From the human T2T-CHM13v2.0 reference genome, Homo sapiens: a DNA stretch of 64,000 nucleotides. The position numbers and the translations under genes were made by a program. Where the stretch lies: assembly GCF_009914755.1 (NCBI RefSeq), contig NC_060934.1; one strand, written 5' to 3'. Shown one piece after another: positions 47,838 through 63,286 of this stretch. The number at the start of each line of letters is the position of its first letter. Position 1 is the first letter of the stretch. The notes under the pieces are model-generated. The model ran no database searches and was not told the DNA's origin. It saw only the letters and a program-made list of their open reading frames with translations.

Positions 47838-48375
47838 CTTATTTGGAAAAAAAAAAAAAAAGCATTTTCATTCATTTGAATATATTATATTTCTGTATAG
47901 AATAAAATGGTAATTTATGGATATATATGCATAGATGTGTGTTTGTGGAGGAGTGCCATTAAAAGAGTTTAGTTTTGCTAGTGTGCCCTTTGCCATGTTA
48001 AACTACGTGAGAAATCAGATATAGTGGAAAAACAAAAGTTACATGATCCTTTAAGCTCTCAAAATGAGTGAATGAAGTAGTAACTATTTATATCGCTATC
48101 TTACAAATGACAAAACCTGACTACTAATTAGCTGAATTATCTTTCTAAAGAGCAACAAAGTAGCAGATAGGAGTTGAATTCAAATCTGTCTTTCTCCAGA
48201 GCTCTTGAATTATTTAGGTGACTAATGGATGAGCAATAGGGCTCCATGTTTCCTCAAAGAGGTTGTACTCTTGCAGTGTTTCAAATGGCAAAGCAGTTCT
48301 GTGACTAGTCCTTAGTTTTGAAGGTAATGTTTTCTGAATCCCTTCATGTCATAAGGATCTTGGCCAGTAACTCAC

Positions 48376-48505
48376 AATTATCCAAGCTACAAGCAAATGA
48401 AATATGAACCAGATCCTGTTTATAGCTATATATTCAGAATTATAACTGCCAACAGTATAAAAAGGACCACTTAGCTGGTCATTGTATTCTCTCACATGGG
48501 GTAAT
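48376..48505 (-). pseudogene. Pseudo-exon (3' end uncertain, may extend to ~48210)
   Basis: Acceptor aacttctgtag, phase 2; LPHVREYNDQLSGPFYTVGSYNSEYIAINRIWFIFHLL...; possible donor gtgagt. Confidence 0.4.
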
Positions 48506-48613
48506 CTACAGAAGTTGTATTGTATTGAAGGTTTTGTGGTGAGTACAGACTGTGTTGAATGAAGTCATTTGGGTGGTTCTACTGTACATGCCATTGGGGT
48601 ATAAAGGCCTTAC

Positions 48614-48683
48614 TCATTTATCTCCTCTGATAGAAAACATTTGCCAAATTAAATCGTGATTTGAACCATCTCTCCACTGGCTC
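48614..48683 (-). pseudogene. Pseudo-exon
   Basis: Acceptor aatctttag, donor TGA|gtaagg; GEMVQITI*FGKCFLSEEIN, ends in phase 2. Confidence 0.5.
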
Positions 48684-48769
48684 CTAAAGATTCTATTGGA
48701 GAAGTATTTAATACTTACACAATATTGTTTTCTCATTTATTTTATTTTAAGGAATATGACCACTCTCTT

Positions 48770-49068
48770 TCTATTTTTTATTTTTCAAGGCAGGGTCTTG
48801 CTCTATCAAACAGGCTGGAGTGCAGTGGTGTAATCGTGGCTCATTGCAGTCTTGACCTCCCAGGCTCAAGTCTTCTTCCCATTTTATCCTCCCCTGTAGC
48901 TGGGACCAGAGGCATGTGGCACCATGTGCAGCTAATTTTTTATTTTTTTGTAGAGATGAGGCTTCTCTATGTTGCCAAGGCTGGTATCAAACTCCTGTGC
49001 TCAAGAGATTCTCCTACTTCAGTCTCTCAAAGTGGTAGGATTACAGGCGTGAGCCAACGTGCCTGGCC
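48770..49068 (-). mobile_element. AluJ
   Basis: Strongly diverged dimer, TSD cactctct. Confidence 0.9.
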
Positions 49069-49319
49069 CACTCTCTCCCTTTACACTTTGATTTTCTGTT
49101 GGTTTATTTTAACATGGGCTTCAGTACATGCGCTGTTAATCACAAGCCCTCCAAGTATTTTGTTTTAACAAAGTTATCTTTATTTGACATGGACATTCCA
49201 AAGACTCCCAAGCCATACATATAAGGATAATATTTTGGCTTAATTATTAAGAGTAGTCATTAACACATATTGGTACCTCCTATTGGGAGAAGTGAAAGTG
49301 TTTACACAAAGTCATGACA

Positions 49320-50130
49320 ACTAAGTCAAATAAATTCAATTCTGAGATAATTTTCGGGTGAGATTAATAGTGTTCAGTGATCTTTGAAAATGATACAACC
49401 AAAAGATGTATTGAAGAAGTATGCAGATCTATTAATCATGATTTCTACAAAGAAGAACATGAGTATTTCTGTAAAGATGTTTTTGGACAAGATTTTAAAA
49501 TCAGCTAATAAAATTTGATTGGTAGACACTGAGGAAAGTATTGAACTATTGGCAAAAGCAGTGCTGTTCACTGAAGAATAACATAAGACCAATACATCTT
49601 TGCTAGATTAATAGTATAATATTTTCCGTAAAGTTGTTAAATAACTAGATTGGAAGTTTCTACGTAGGTGTGAATATATGGACTTTAGCAAAATCTTGGG
49701 CAGAATTTCATGAATTTCTTATGTAATATGGTGAAACATTAATTATATAGTAATTATATAGTGATAGATAGATTTGGGGCAATGAATTCTAGTTGAAGGA
49801 TCAAGACCAGCCATGAGCAGAGCTTCTAGTTTCTTCTAAGGAAACATTTTTATGAATTGAAATAAGGGTATAGCTTGAACATTTACCAAATTATTGAACT
49901 TTTTGTAAAAAGTGAATGCTTCTTTGTCAGAGAGCAAGTCTAACAAAAAGCATTGGACATTGGACTTATCAAATCAGACACAGAATAATCTGATCTTTTA
50001 GTCAGTATCAAGTTGATTACTTACATATGCCAAATATCTCAACTGCACGTGAGTTGGTAGTAGGTTCTGAAAATCTGGGATGTGCTAAAATAAAGGGAAA
50101 TAAAGAGCAACAGTGATGTTCAGATTGTAC
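49320..50130 (+). mobile_element. L3/CR1 RT-region relic
   Basis: gaatatatggactttagcaaa (Y.DFSK) preceded by a degraded HGFTK-like region. Confidence 0.55.
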
Positions 50131-50152
50131 TTAGAAAGTAATTCTCAGAGAG

Positions 50153-50547
<395 letters not shown>

Positions 50548-50696
50548 CTTAATAGAAAGGGGAAGAAAGGACAATGATGGAACATCTGCAGATGCAGCAA
50601 AGTGAAGATGATACAGGTTCTTCTCAATAAGCAGAGTCTGTCTGCTTTGTGGGCTCATGATGGTTCAGCCAGTCAGAATGTGTTGAGCCCCTGTGA

Positions 50697-51112
<416 letters not shown>

Positions 51113-51262
51113 TAAACCAATTATTGCAATTCTTGCAAAAAAGACTTAAATTGAAGTTTTGTTTTGTTTTACAAAAGGTCAGATGAAGATGTCCCAAACA
51201 TATACAGGATATTAATATATGTTTGACACACGTGAACATAAATAGGAGTTGAGTTCACATAC

Positions 51263-51401
51263 ATGTGGAAAACATTAGGTTCTGTACCTCTACTGCATAG
51301 CTTCACAAAGTCTTAGGTGTATTCTATTCATCTGTGAATCTTGGAGAGAAATCTATTGTAGGCAACCTTTTTTGAACTATTTGTCCAAAGGAGCATATAT
51401 G
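51263..51401 (-). pseudogene. Pseudo-exon
   Basis: Acceptor gctctag, donor CAT|gtatgt. HICSFGQIVQKRLPTIDFSPRFTDE* in one frame and ...EPNVFH in another (probable frameshift). Confidence 0.5.
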
Positions 51402-52159
51402 CTAGAGCTACGGTTTAGGGTAAATCCTGGGATAAAGGGAGACAGAGGAAGGAGCACCCACATACATCAGAATAGTTCGGGCCATTTTTAAGTGAAAGAA
51501 TAAAAAATTATATTTCTACAGTTAGTAGCTGGAGAAAGGAAATATGAGAGAGAGGGAAAAGGAAGAATAAAGGGAAATAAGAGATGGAAGAGCACATTTG
51601 GGAAATGGCAAGGAGTCCCAGAACTGGACAAACTTGATGTAGTTGGTGAAGGGGCCAGAGCAGATTATGACCACCCTATCTGCCCTTTGAAATAAGTATA
51701 ATCTTATCTCTTGTTGAAGAAGAAAACCTTCTGAGGTTTCAAGCAGGGAAGTGATGAGATTTTCTTAAACAGCTTACTCTGTCAGTAGCTGTGTGCAGAG
51801 TTTGCCTGAAGGCACTGATCGCAGAATCCTAGCTAATGGAACAAACTTGGGATTTTACTTCAAATATTCACCAAATGCTAGCCCTTTAAGCAACCCTGTG
51901 GACATTAGAAGGATAAATTTTCATTTAGTCTGTGCCAGATTCAGAGAAAGCGGCAAGTGCAGAATGCCTGGGGAGGCAGTGAGATGAGTTGCAAAGTGGA
52001 CCTTGAACTGGTCTTCGAGGAAAGAGCACTTGATTTTTATGGGCAGCGATGGAAACATCCTAATGAAGATGTCAGCGTAAACAGGACGAGGATGAGGCAA
52101 TCTGTTTGGAAATACTGGCTCTCATCAGCAAAGGGAATCACATTATAATTTAATTTGGA

Positions 52160-52670
52160 TCACATATAACTTTTTCCTTAAAACATCCATAAAAGCATAC
52201 CATTCCCCTGCATGAAACTTTTTAATGGATTTAGAATGAAATCTAGGCACTATCTGCTGCCATGCCAAGTCCTCCATGATTTGGCTCTGCCTGGCACCCT
52301 GACCACTCCTACCACGTTATTATTCTCATTTCTCTACCTACCCCAGGGCCTTTGTCCTGCCTTTCCCTCAGCACTAGCTATTGTACTTATCTGCACGTGG
52401 TTGATTCCTTCTCATAATAAATAATTCAATTAAATACATTCTGTAAGAGACTTAGCCTCTCTATTTTATGTACTTCCTATTTTATTCATATTAACTTCTT
52501 TTGTTTCTCCACTGCATTTATTAAAATCTAACTAATTTATGTGTTCACCTTTTTCTTATCAGCCTCTTCACTAGAAAATAAGTTCTGTGATAGTAGAACT
52601 TGCTTGTTGTGGATCTCCAGCCCAATGCTTAGCATAATTATAAAAGCTCAATGAATACTTATGGAAATAA
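52160..52670 (+). mobile_element. L2 3' fragment
   Basis: ccccagggcctttgtcctgc...ctagaaaataagttctgtga...aagctcaatgaatact. Confidence 0.65.
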
Positions 52671-52754
52671 CACTTTTAAAAATAAATGTAAATAGTATAT
52701 GTTTTTCTTAACTCTTAAGTTGCTTAAATGTCTAAAACGTATAAGCAAACCCAC

Positions 52755-52828
52755 CCATGAAACACAAGACCATGCAATTTAGTTCTAGATTAATTCTCAA
52801 TCAGCGATCTTCTTTCTTGAGATTTCCT
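52755..52828 (-). pseudogene. Pseudo-exon
   Basis: Acceptor tgcttaagcag, donor TGG|gtgggt; phase 2->1. GNLKKEDR*LRINLELNCMVLCFM. Confidence 0.4.
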
Positions 52829-52863
52829 CTGCTTAAGCAGTAGCATATAAAAAATGGTATTAA

Positions 52864-53174
<311 letters not shown>

Positions 53175-53296
53175 TAATGAAGACTTTTTAAAGTTGAAGT
53201 TTCCAGTTCACTTAGTAGTACTGAGGGTTAAAGGTGTTAAATATTAATGTTTCCAACAGGATTGGAACACAGCTTAGGGAAGTCAAGTAAACTTGC

Positions 53297-53407
53297 TTAT
53301 CCAGTGAGGTCGCCTGTCTTCATGTTGCATTCACTCTTCTAAGAAGGATTTCATCCCTTTTTTTTTTTTTTTTTTTTTTTGCATGAGAATTGAAGCAGAA
53401 GCTTGTG
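53297..53407 (-). pseudogene. Pseudo-exon with expanded A23 run
   Basis: Acceptor actttcaatacag, GC-type donor gcaagt; ...KKRDEILLRRVNAT*RQATSLD. Confidence 0.5.
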
Positions 53408-54095
53408 CTGTATTGAAAGTATATTGAATATGGGCTCCGTTTATTGATGAAGCTTTCAAGCACTCACCAGTTAGGAGGCATAGAGGAAAGAGAATGAATG
53501 TTCACTATTATATAAGTTATGGGCATGGTAGGTGACTTCACAGGAGTTATCACATTTTGTCTTTTGAAGTTACCAGGGATCTTAAATATGTGATGTATGA
53601 AATCGCCATAACCTGAGTGACCTAATCTTTGGTTTGGGGAAAACTGCTCCTGTCTTCATTTTAGTATCCTTGGGAATACCAGATTTGGGGAGCTACCTAG
53701 TATGTATTCAAGAAAGCTGTCCATATTTAGAGTGCGCACGAGTGAGACTGCCATTCGTGGAAAAGAAAGACATAGAGCTTCAGGGCACAGAAAGTTAGTC
53801 TTTTAAAAAAGCCTCTTAAGGGAATTTTTTTCCACTATATATGTGAAGAAATAAGGCTGATGAAAGTAAAAGTAATATGCCCAACTGATAAATAGTAAAG
53901 ATGAATAATAATCCAGATCAAAATGTCTCTAAAGCTTGAACTATTCCCATAATCCTTCCCTAGGAGCATAATATAAAATGGTGTGTTTTCTCCAAATATG
54001 ATGATATCCTACTTTGTGCTGGGCTCCAAGCACACTGGGCCAGGGCCATAACTACACTCAACTAGGCCCTCAGCTGTAGAAGGTATATCATGGGT

Positions 54096-54274
54096 AGGCT
54101 GGCCAGATTTAGTCAATAAAAATGCAGGACACCCACATAAATTTAAATTTCAGAGATGTAACAAATACTTTTTTAGGCTAGATATGTTTTGTGTATTGCA
54201 TGAGGTGTATCTATAAACATCGTATTTGTTGTTTACTTGTAAAGCCATTTTTGAGTATTTTATCTGGCAACCCC
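54096..54274. mobile_element. MER53 palindromic DNA-transposon MITE
   Basis: gccagatttag...aaaatgcaggacaccc ... tattttatctggcaaccc. Confidence 0.8.
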
Positions 54275-54738
54275 TGCTGTAGGGCCATGAGCACAGTAAG
54301 GAGTGGCTCCCCAGTGACCCACTTCTATCTCACACTCCAGTTCCCAGGAAGGCTGAATTAGAGTTAATATGAGCAGTGCAGGAAGATAAGCAGAATTAAT
54401 GAGGAAACTTAGCAAAAGGGGTTGGAATAAGAGTGTGCTTTGTGTCCCAAGGGACAGCTCTGCTTGTTACACGATGAGAATTATGCACAAAATACTAAAC
54501 TGTTCCCAAATTACCTCAGCAACTATGGTTGTTTAACAAGGCAAACACAACCTGCAAGCTCATTGGTTCTGGGCAGGATGGATCCTGCTGTCAGAGCAAC
54601 TGATGAACTATTTTAAAGCCAAGTTCCTATTGTGAGTGAAATAGATTAACACTTCAGATATGGATGCTTCAAAAAACAAATAGCAGCATGCTAACTTAGT
54701 TAATGAGTTTTTGAGGAAGAAAGTAGCATTTAACTTAC

Positions 54739-54882
54739 CAAAAGATGCAGTTCAAGGCTATATTAATGAAGTAATAACAGCTGTGTCTTTATCTGTTCAC
54801 TACCCATTCATTTTCTCATTACATTCAGACTGCTAACTTCAGTCACAAACATGCTTGTATGAGAATATGGGGCCTTTTGTTC
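54739..54882 (-). pseudogene. Pseudo-exon
   Basis: Acceptor attattttctggtag, donor TTG|gtaagt; 144 bp, phase 0->0. EQKAPYSHTSMFVTEVSSLNVMRK*MGSEQIKTQLLLLH*YSLELHLL. Confidence 0.65.
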
Positions 54883-56940
54883 CTACCAGAAAATAATCAA
54901 GATGTCTATCTTCTAGAGTTGTACTGTATCATAGAAGTGATTCAATGATTCTGCTTTTCTATTTCTGTGAGAAAAAGGCATGCTATGGGATTCAAGCACT
55001 GTAATAAACACACACACACACTGAAGCCAGGTGGACATTTATCAAATTTTGACTTCATCTCCTATATGCTGTGAGACATGGGCTATCTGCCTAGCTATAT
55101 ATCTATGTATTTATGTATGTGTGTATGTATCTATCTATATCAATGTCCACCGCTGATGGTTCATTAATATAAAGATTGATGATGTAACACCCCACATATG
55201 CATTTCTTGACATACAGGCATTCAAACTATGTTTTTCCTTTCTTCATTTCCTAATGTGCTACACTGTGTTTTCCTGGTTTACTGAGTATGCCTGTGTGTC
55301 CAGAAACCCTCAAGGACAGAGCTGTGTGCTTTAGGAGTCTTCCTCGTTTTTGCCCCTGGAACAGTGCCAAATACTATAGAATTTTAGTTGCATCTTGCCA
55401 CACCACCTGGCTAACCTCATCTCATCTACTCATGCCTTTCTCAACCATTCAGAAGCACGTTCTCTTCTTTTAACACGCCGTGATTGTCCATGCCCGTCTT
55501 TTCTGCATGTGATTTCTATGTGCCATGACACTTAAGACTTACCACCCTTTCCTAATACATCGTTCATGCAGATCTGCATTCTTAGTGTATAAGGCGCTTA
55601 TGTGTTCTACTGTAACTTTGCTAGATTATGGTGTCACCATGGTTTATGTCTGTCTTACCCCAAAATATTGTGAAAGACACAAACGACATTATCTCATTCC
55701 AGTCTCAGCTGGAATTTCAAATCCCATTGTCTAAATCAAATCCAGGTGAAGATGAGGCTCTTCACATGTAGTTCCTTAAGCTTTGGCAACATGAGTAGAG
55801 TTTTCTTGACAGTAGATGTGTTAACTAAAGAGACAATTATCTGTCCCACATACACCTAACATGCAATGGCAGACAAGCAAACAACATTATAGACATTTCT
55901 GCTCAAAAAGGATGGTGGAGGGAATGGAAGGCACTGTCCAGTGGAAGAATCGCTGGTCCATAGCAATATTGTCACCAAATAAGGCAAATGTTGTAAGTTC
56001 CTTGTTTAGGTCTCAAAAGTGATATCACACCACTTTTGCCATATCTTATTTGTCAGGAGTTAGTGGGTCAATCTCACATTATAAGGAGATGGGGTCCTTG
56101 AGGGCATCTTAGAGATTGTCTACCACACAGTTTCCCAGAGCCTTTGGCTAGTTTGTGTAGGACTTCCATATGCCACAAAGGCCTGTGTCACACATTCTTT
56201 TGTGTTATCTTCTCAATACTGCCTGTTTAAGGTGGGTAACAGTTACTACCAACAACTAGGACCCCAGGAAAAGCTCAGGTTTAAATACCTGACAAACCAA
56301 TGATTACATTAGCTGCCAGTGGATACCTCTGTGTGGGTGATTAAGACTATTATTCACCTGTAAAATATTCATACCTCTCTCACAGGAATGTGGTTAGCAT
56401 AAAACAAAATAATCTATTTGGAAGAAAACAAGCATACCCTTTCTCTAAAAATATTTACTTTTATAAGTTTATGATGCTCTCAATGTGTAGAAGACATCGT
56501 TTCAAATGTAGTTACATAATATGTTGATGTATGCGGAATGTGCTATATAAGAAGGCATGCCTTTTTTTCTTGGAAAATTATATTGTCATAAAAAGTCATG
56601 TTTTTGTTATTAAAATCAAACACTATGTATTTACAGGTCTTTTTTTGCAACAATTGCCCAAATTCTTATTTCTGTGAATAAATGATATATTATTATTAAT
56701 TATACATTTAGAAGAAGCCTCGGAGATCAGCAAGTTGAACCTGTCCCTTTTAGCTGATCAGTCTGTATATAGAGTTGAAATCTGTCTGTCTGTATAGCAC
56801 AATGTCATGAAGTCATAGATTCCTGGAATTTAATCTTTGCTCTTTTAATTACTAGAATTTGGGTACATTAATTTTCCTGAGTCTCAGTATTCTTGTCTGT
56901 AAGACAGGGCTAATAATAGTACAGTGTATATTCTAACAAC

Positions 56941-57402
56941 TCTTGTAATTGTTGAAAAGAATTTCCCTAGTCAACTTATATTTGTTCTCTAATCTGCTCC
57001 TTCACCTCATAGTCTCTCTAGTCCTTCAAGATAATTATCTTGGCTTCTCTCTAAGTCTTATCTCCTTAGTCATACTTATTATGATATTATTTTCAACTCT
57101 TTCTTTTCCTGTGCACTATTTTCAGAAAAGCTTCGGTTTGTCATTAACTCTTCAGAAGTTAAAACCTATGTCCCATGGTATTTTGAAACTTAGTTGAGAG
57201 AATGCATGTCATACTTCCAGAGTAGCTCATATGCAGTAAATGATCCAAAGTATCCTGATTCATCTTTTCTGTCATTTTTTTTCACACCAAAGTTGTGTCT
57301 CTCTCCAGGAGATAGCTTTGTAAATATTTTGCTATAGTTTTTTTTTTTTTCCTCTTCCCCAGCCACACTTTACAGAGTGGAGATGATACTATGCAATTCT
57401 GT
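56941..57402 (-). pseudogene. Pseudo-exon, TEX15-repeat-like
   Basis: Phase 0. TELHSIISTL*SVAGEEEKKKNYSKNIYKAISWRETQLWCEK [frameshift in A8] NDRKDESGYFGSFTAYELLWKYDMHSLN*VSKYHGT*VLTSEE...DNYLEGLERL. 3' boundary uncertain. Confidence 0.65.
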
Positions 57403-57529
57403 CTACTTAAAATGTATTTATATTAAGTTTTCTTGGTATGGAAATATTGCTTATATTTATCTTGTAATTTGTTTTGGCTTTATAGTTGTATAAGAGATAT
57501 AAGCAAAATGGGTCTACACTTTGTTTTAC

Positions 57530-57551
57530 CTGTCTACCATTAAAAATTTCC
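57530..57551 (-). pseudogene. 22-bp pseudo-exon
   Basis: Strong polypyrimidine acceptor (T-run, ccccccaag), donor CAG|gtaaaa; phase 2->0, EIFNGRQ; links both neighbours in frame. Confidence 0.6.
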
Positions 57552-58140
57552 CTTGGGGGGAAAAAAAAGATGTTTGTCTTACATAACTGCAGTTGTTTTA
57601 TATAGCCTTTAGTCAACAAAAATATCACTCTTAGTGGACTAGGCTAGAACTGTCTTTTAGCAACTTCTACTTATATATTTATGATGATTTACTTAATTGA
57701 GATATAACACTTTACATATTGTTCTAACTTTCGTCATCTTTGTTTTTTCTGTTCCACAGATAAAAAATACAGATATTTTTGCATATTGAGGAAATAAAGT
57801 TTAAAAATTTGACATTCCTTGAGCCAAAAGAAATGTGGAAAATATTTTTCACCTTTCTGTTTTGCCTGATTAATGTTTAAATTCTCATCAAAACTAAAGT
57901 AATTTTTAAAATGCCATTGTTGGTAAGATCTCACAGTTTGGCAATGCCCACAGTTATGACAAACACAGAAAACTGGTATTTCTGTAAAATTGACGCTATA
58001 CTATTAAAACAATGTGACATTATCCCCTGTCCTTCTTTAACCAGTAGCATACTTGTGTTTTCTACTTCTAACTGATCATTATTTTCCCATCATATATTTA
58101 CCAAATTTTACCTAGAGTTGTAGAACCAAATGGTTCTTAC

Positions 58141-58611
58141 TCTTCATACTGCAAAGACATGAATGATGTTTGGTAACCAAAGAAAAATATATGTTGCACT
58201 AAGGATTAGTGTTCTTGCTGTTGCCACTGGTCTGACCAATGAAAAGATGGTAATGTGTATATTAAAGTTCTTTTCTCTCATATATACAAAAAATATTGAT
58301 TCTGTCTTATAACAACTGGCACTTTTCCAGTCATTCTGTCCTTCAGATATACACACTGACAAGTGAGGACATACTGAGATGGGCGTGGATGTCCCTTATT
58401 TATTGTTTGCTGTAGAAATGGAATCACAATCTCAGAACTACAGTTCCAGATTTCAAAACCTTCTTTTTTTGGCTTGATGTTATAATAGGAAAATATCTTC
58501 AATTTGGTAAAGTCAATCTTCTATCCAAGAAGAATAATCTTCTGCCCGTAACTACAACTTTTCTAAATACTCTTTCTTTTTTGGAAAATGTATGGTTATG
58601 TATATATTTTA
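58141..58611 (-). pseudogene. Pseudo-exon, TEX15-repeat-like
   Basis: Acceptor gtgttctctgtag, donor GAAGA|gtaaga; 471 bp in one frame (phase 2->2) with 5 stops: ...KIDFTKLKIFSYYNIKPKKEGFEIWNCSSEIVIPF...SLVQHIFFFGYQTSFMSLQYE. Confidence 0.7.
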
Positions 58612-59023
58612 CTACAGAGAACACAATGAGTTTTCTAACACAATTGTGACAATAGAAGGCAAAAGCATGATGCTCCTGTAGCTGAAACAGGAGCATTATC
58701 TTTGGGAAAGCTGGAGTTTTCTCTGAAGACTACAGTGTGCCTGCTGGGTCACAGTGATTCCATGGTCCGGGGAGATTGCCTTATTATGCCCAACATCTTA
58801 GGAGGCTGACATTTCTGTCAAGTTGCCATTGTGGAAACAGCAATAGGATATGAATACTATTATTTATTAACTATAACAAGTTGCAATTTCTGCCAGTTTA
58901 TAAAGCTACTTGAGTTTGTAAAGCTTCTGGTTATGTAAAAGTGAGACTGAAGTAATTAAGACCAAATATAAATTTTGTCCTATGTCAATACAGATCTTCA
59001 AAAAAATAAAATACAAAATATAC

Positions 59024-59866
<843 letters not shown>

Positions 59867-60409
59867 CTAAATGAAAACTACTTTAAATGCATTATTTTAC
59901 CTATCCGACTGACTTTGTGAATTAATGGAATAATACGAGCAATACACTTGGGCTTTGGAGCTTAGTATTGTCAGTGCTATCGATTTGTTTAGAATATTTC
60001 CATGAATAGTTTATAGGATCCTAGCACACTGTGGCTGAACGGACCTTTTGAGACCTTTCAGTCTGTAATCCAGATTCTTATACTTACTGAGAACTGAGGC
60101 TGAGATGCTACAAGACATGCCTACATTTTCTCAAGTAAAGACAAAGTTAGGTTTCAACAGCAAGCATTTCTTAGCTATCTGCTACTAGGCATAGTCTTAT
60201 CATTTCACCTTTACTGCTTTTGTCTTTAAATGACAACCAGTTCAGATCCTCAATTCTTATAGCCCAATGTATTTATACCTAGATAGAAAGATAGATAGTT
60301 GTAGTCCTTCTTCAATGAGGATTCCATACAATTAGCCTTGAGGCTTAATGACACCCTTGTAAAATCGTTCTAATTAGCAAAGATGCATTATCACAGAAGC
60401 AGTTCTTAC

Positions 60410-60456
60410 CCTTCGGAAATGTCTCGGGAAATGTCTCACGCAGTCATTATTTTGAT
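60410..60456 (-). pseudogene. Pseudo-exon
   Basis: Acceptor ctttagccag, donor GAAGG|gtaaga; phase 0->2 bridges both neighbours. IKIMTA*DISRDISEG. Confidence 0.5.
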
Positions 60457-60717
60457 CTGGCTAAAGATGCAGTGTAGCAAGAGTGGCTAGGTTCTACTCC
60501 TAGACGCTGTCATGGCCTTGTTATTTTCAAAGGGTGTTTGTAAGCTCCTACTACCGTGCTGCATTCATCTGTGTGTCCCTCATGCCCAGCTCAGAGATTA
60601 GGATAGAGCAAGCTCTTAAATGTTGCTGGACAATTGGATTTTCATAAGTCACTTTTAATGATTTTACATACCCAAGCATCAGCTCCGATTACGCTGAAAG
60701 TGTGATGCTCCTCTTAC

Positions 60718-60834
60718 CTAGATGACATTTAAACTCCCTTCATATTGAAAAACAGAATTATCTAAACAAAAAATATGGTTGAAAGAGTTTATGGCAAATA
60801 GAATTTGGCTGTGAATTATGTTTTCCAATCCCTG
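60718..60834 (-). pseudogene. Pseudo-exon
   Basis: Acceptor ttttctctatacag (alternative ttttttgtttag at 60761), donor TAG|gtaaga. QGLENIIHSQILFAINSFNHIFCLDNSVFQYEGSLNVI*; the last codon TAG could derive from CAG. Confidence 0.55.
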
Positions 60835-61420
60835 CTGTATAGAGAAAATTGTTAGAATCAGCATTTATAATTGAGTTTCAACTAAATGCTTTGTTTTATA
60901 ATTTGCTGTGAGGTAATTAGAAAAATGTGCATGAAAGCATGACACGTATAAATCACAGGTATATTCATCTGAAGTATTTTGTGCAGTTTATATTTATAGC
61001 TCATTCTGTGAAGCTAAATCCACTGTATTGAAACAGACAATTAAAGGAAGGTAAAGGGACTATTTTCCCAGCAATTGCAATGTGCTAGGCATGATGCCAG
61101 GCACTGCACAAGCTCTATCTCCATTAATCTTCTCTAATGTAAATATTGCCACCACTTCACAAATAAAGAAACTGAACTATGTATAAAACTGAGCTTAAGG
61201 GGATCAATGAATATATTATTTGTTGTTGAACATATGCAGGTCTAATTAAAGTAATTGCAAGTTATATTAAAAGAATTTGTGGTAGAGACAGAAGTTGAAC
61301 CCAGTGCTGACTGGCACTCTAGTTATTGTTATAAAGGCAATTTGTATTATTGAGTTACTTTGAATAATACACATTTTACATTTATTTAAATAACCATTTA
61401 ATTTGTAATGATAAGTTTAC

Positions 61421-61577
61421 AGATTTTTTAAAAATAGAAACATATTATGGCATCATTGTGTATCAAACAAGGGCTATTTATAAGAGCTCCCTTGGTGTGC
61501 TTTTATTTTCCTTGTCTAAATGGAGCCAGATGACTAGAAATTGTGGAAAAGCATAGACTGGTTCAATAAAATCGAAC
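61421..61577 (-). pseudogene. Pseudo-exon
   Basis: Acceptor tttgtctccag after a 93-bp intron; phase 2 matches the previous exon. FDFIEPVYAFPQFLVIWLHLDKENKSTPRELL*. 3' end uncertain (donor gtaaac). Confidence 0.45.
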
Positions 61578-61670
61578 CTGGAGACAAATCCAATTCTATA
61601 CTCTAACACAGCCATTTGTAAAGTGTGTTCCCTAGTGATATTAAGAGGTGTTTTGTACACACACACTCAC

Positions 61671-61909
61671 ATAGCAAACATTAAAAATAAATAAATGGTT
61701 ACATATGTGCATGACAGAATTCCATGATCAAATATGTTGAGGGATTCCTGGGTTGAAGAAAATAAAGCATTTGTTTTAAAATTGTGTAAATGCTCATATC
61801 CATTGACTTGAAAATGTGCCTCGTGAAGCTCCAAGGGAGAAATGGAATTTAAAAAATCCCCAGACCTTCTCATCACAAAAATCTCTTTTACAAGAAACAA
61901 TTGTTAAAT
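61671..61909 (-). pseudogene. Pseudo-exon, DUF3715-like
   Basis: Acceptor cttacactccaag, donor GCTAT|gtgagt, 239 bp, phase 0->2. I*QLFLVKEIFVMRRSGDFLNSISPLELHEAHFQVNGYEHLHNFKTNALFSSTQESLNIFDHGILSC..., one stop. Confidence 0.55.
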
Positions 61910-61949
61910 CTTGGAGTGTAAGTAGATAGCATGATACATCTTGGGAAAT

Positions 61950-62920
61950 GCTTATTCATTTACTTATTAACAAAAGCGTATGAGCACTTACTGTACGCCA
62001 ATCATTTTATAGGTATTGGGAATGCAGAATGATTAAAACTGACAAAGATTTCTGCCCTTGTGGAGCTAATATTCTAGCAGGGGAGACTAAATATAAACAA
62101 GACAAAGAAGTGAAATATGTATGACTGATTCTGATGATTCTTAAGAAAGAAAAAATAAAAACAAGCAGATAAAAGGCTGGACAGTGTCAGGACAAGGAGT
62201 TGAATTTTTAAACAGGGAGCCAGGGAAGGCCTCACTAAGAACGTAGTATTTTAGTGGAAATTGAAGTTAAGGAACAAGCTCTGTGGATTTTTAAGGGAAA
62301 ACTTTCCAGGCATAGGAAAGTTGAAATTCAAGCGCAAGGCAACTGTGACTGGAGCGGAATGAGCAAGGGGAGGAGTTAGATGAGGTCAGAAAGGTTACCA
62401 GGACCCAGATCGGGAAGGTCCTTGAAGGTTATAGTAAGGAATTTGGTTTTGAGTGAAGTGGGGAGCCCTTGGAGGGCTTTGAACACAGGAATGACAAAAC
62501 TCGGTATTAGAGCTGATTTTTTGAGAAAAGCCAGGTGTGGTTGAGAGGGAGGGTAAAACAATCAGGTAGAAGGCTACTGTAAGGATCTAGAGGAGACACG
62601 AGGGCGACCTGAACAAAGATTTCAGCCCTGGTGAACTCCAATCGGATTCTGAATCTATACTGAGAGAGAGTCTGCTGGATTTGTTGAAAGAGCGGATACC
62701 GGGTTTGAGAGACAGCAATCAGAGATGAGCCAGGATTTCGACTTCAGTAACTGAAAAGATGTTTTGAACTTCTTAGAATGAGGAAGACCTTGAGAGAAGG
62801 AGGTTTGGAGAGGGAAAGTTGAATATAAGGAGCTAATTTTTAGGCATAATAATATCAAGATGCATTTTATGTATTCAGGTGCAGAGGTGGATTTGGCAGA
62901 TGGAATACTAAAGTAGGCGG
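61950..62920 (-). mobile_element. L2 fragment
   Basis: tgagcacttactgtac...ccttgtggagctaatattctag...ggaaggcctcactaag...ggagggctttgaac. Confidence 0.8.
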
Positions 62921-63286
62921 TAAATATCACTCAGTTTACATAGATAGATCACATGGAAATTCCAAAGTTAGAATGGTCTAGATTTAAATAGCTAATTCTC
63001 ATTTACAGAAACTTCAACGTGAAACTACAATTCTATAAGCTAACTTGTGCAGCCCTGCTTCCAGAAGAAACAAAGAAACAGAAAAAATCAAAAGGGAGGA
63101 AATATCGCCGGCCCCAGTCTTAAGTGATTCCCATTCGTTGCCTTTCCTGGGCTTGAAGGTGGAGTTTTGAGTAAAACAGCAGCAGTGGTTGCTGGATGCT
63201 TTCTGATGGCTCTACAGTTGCCCTGAAGGAATCTCAATAGGAGTGTTCCTTAAGAATCCTGCTGATGAGCAGCACTCCACCCTCAC

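Noticed and set aside
54645-54770. Plus-strand exon-like frame INTSDMDASKNK*QHANLVNEFLRKK...
   Set aside because: Weak acceptor and no partner exons; it overlaps a better-supported minus-strand exon.
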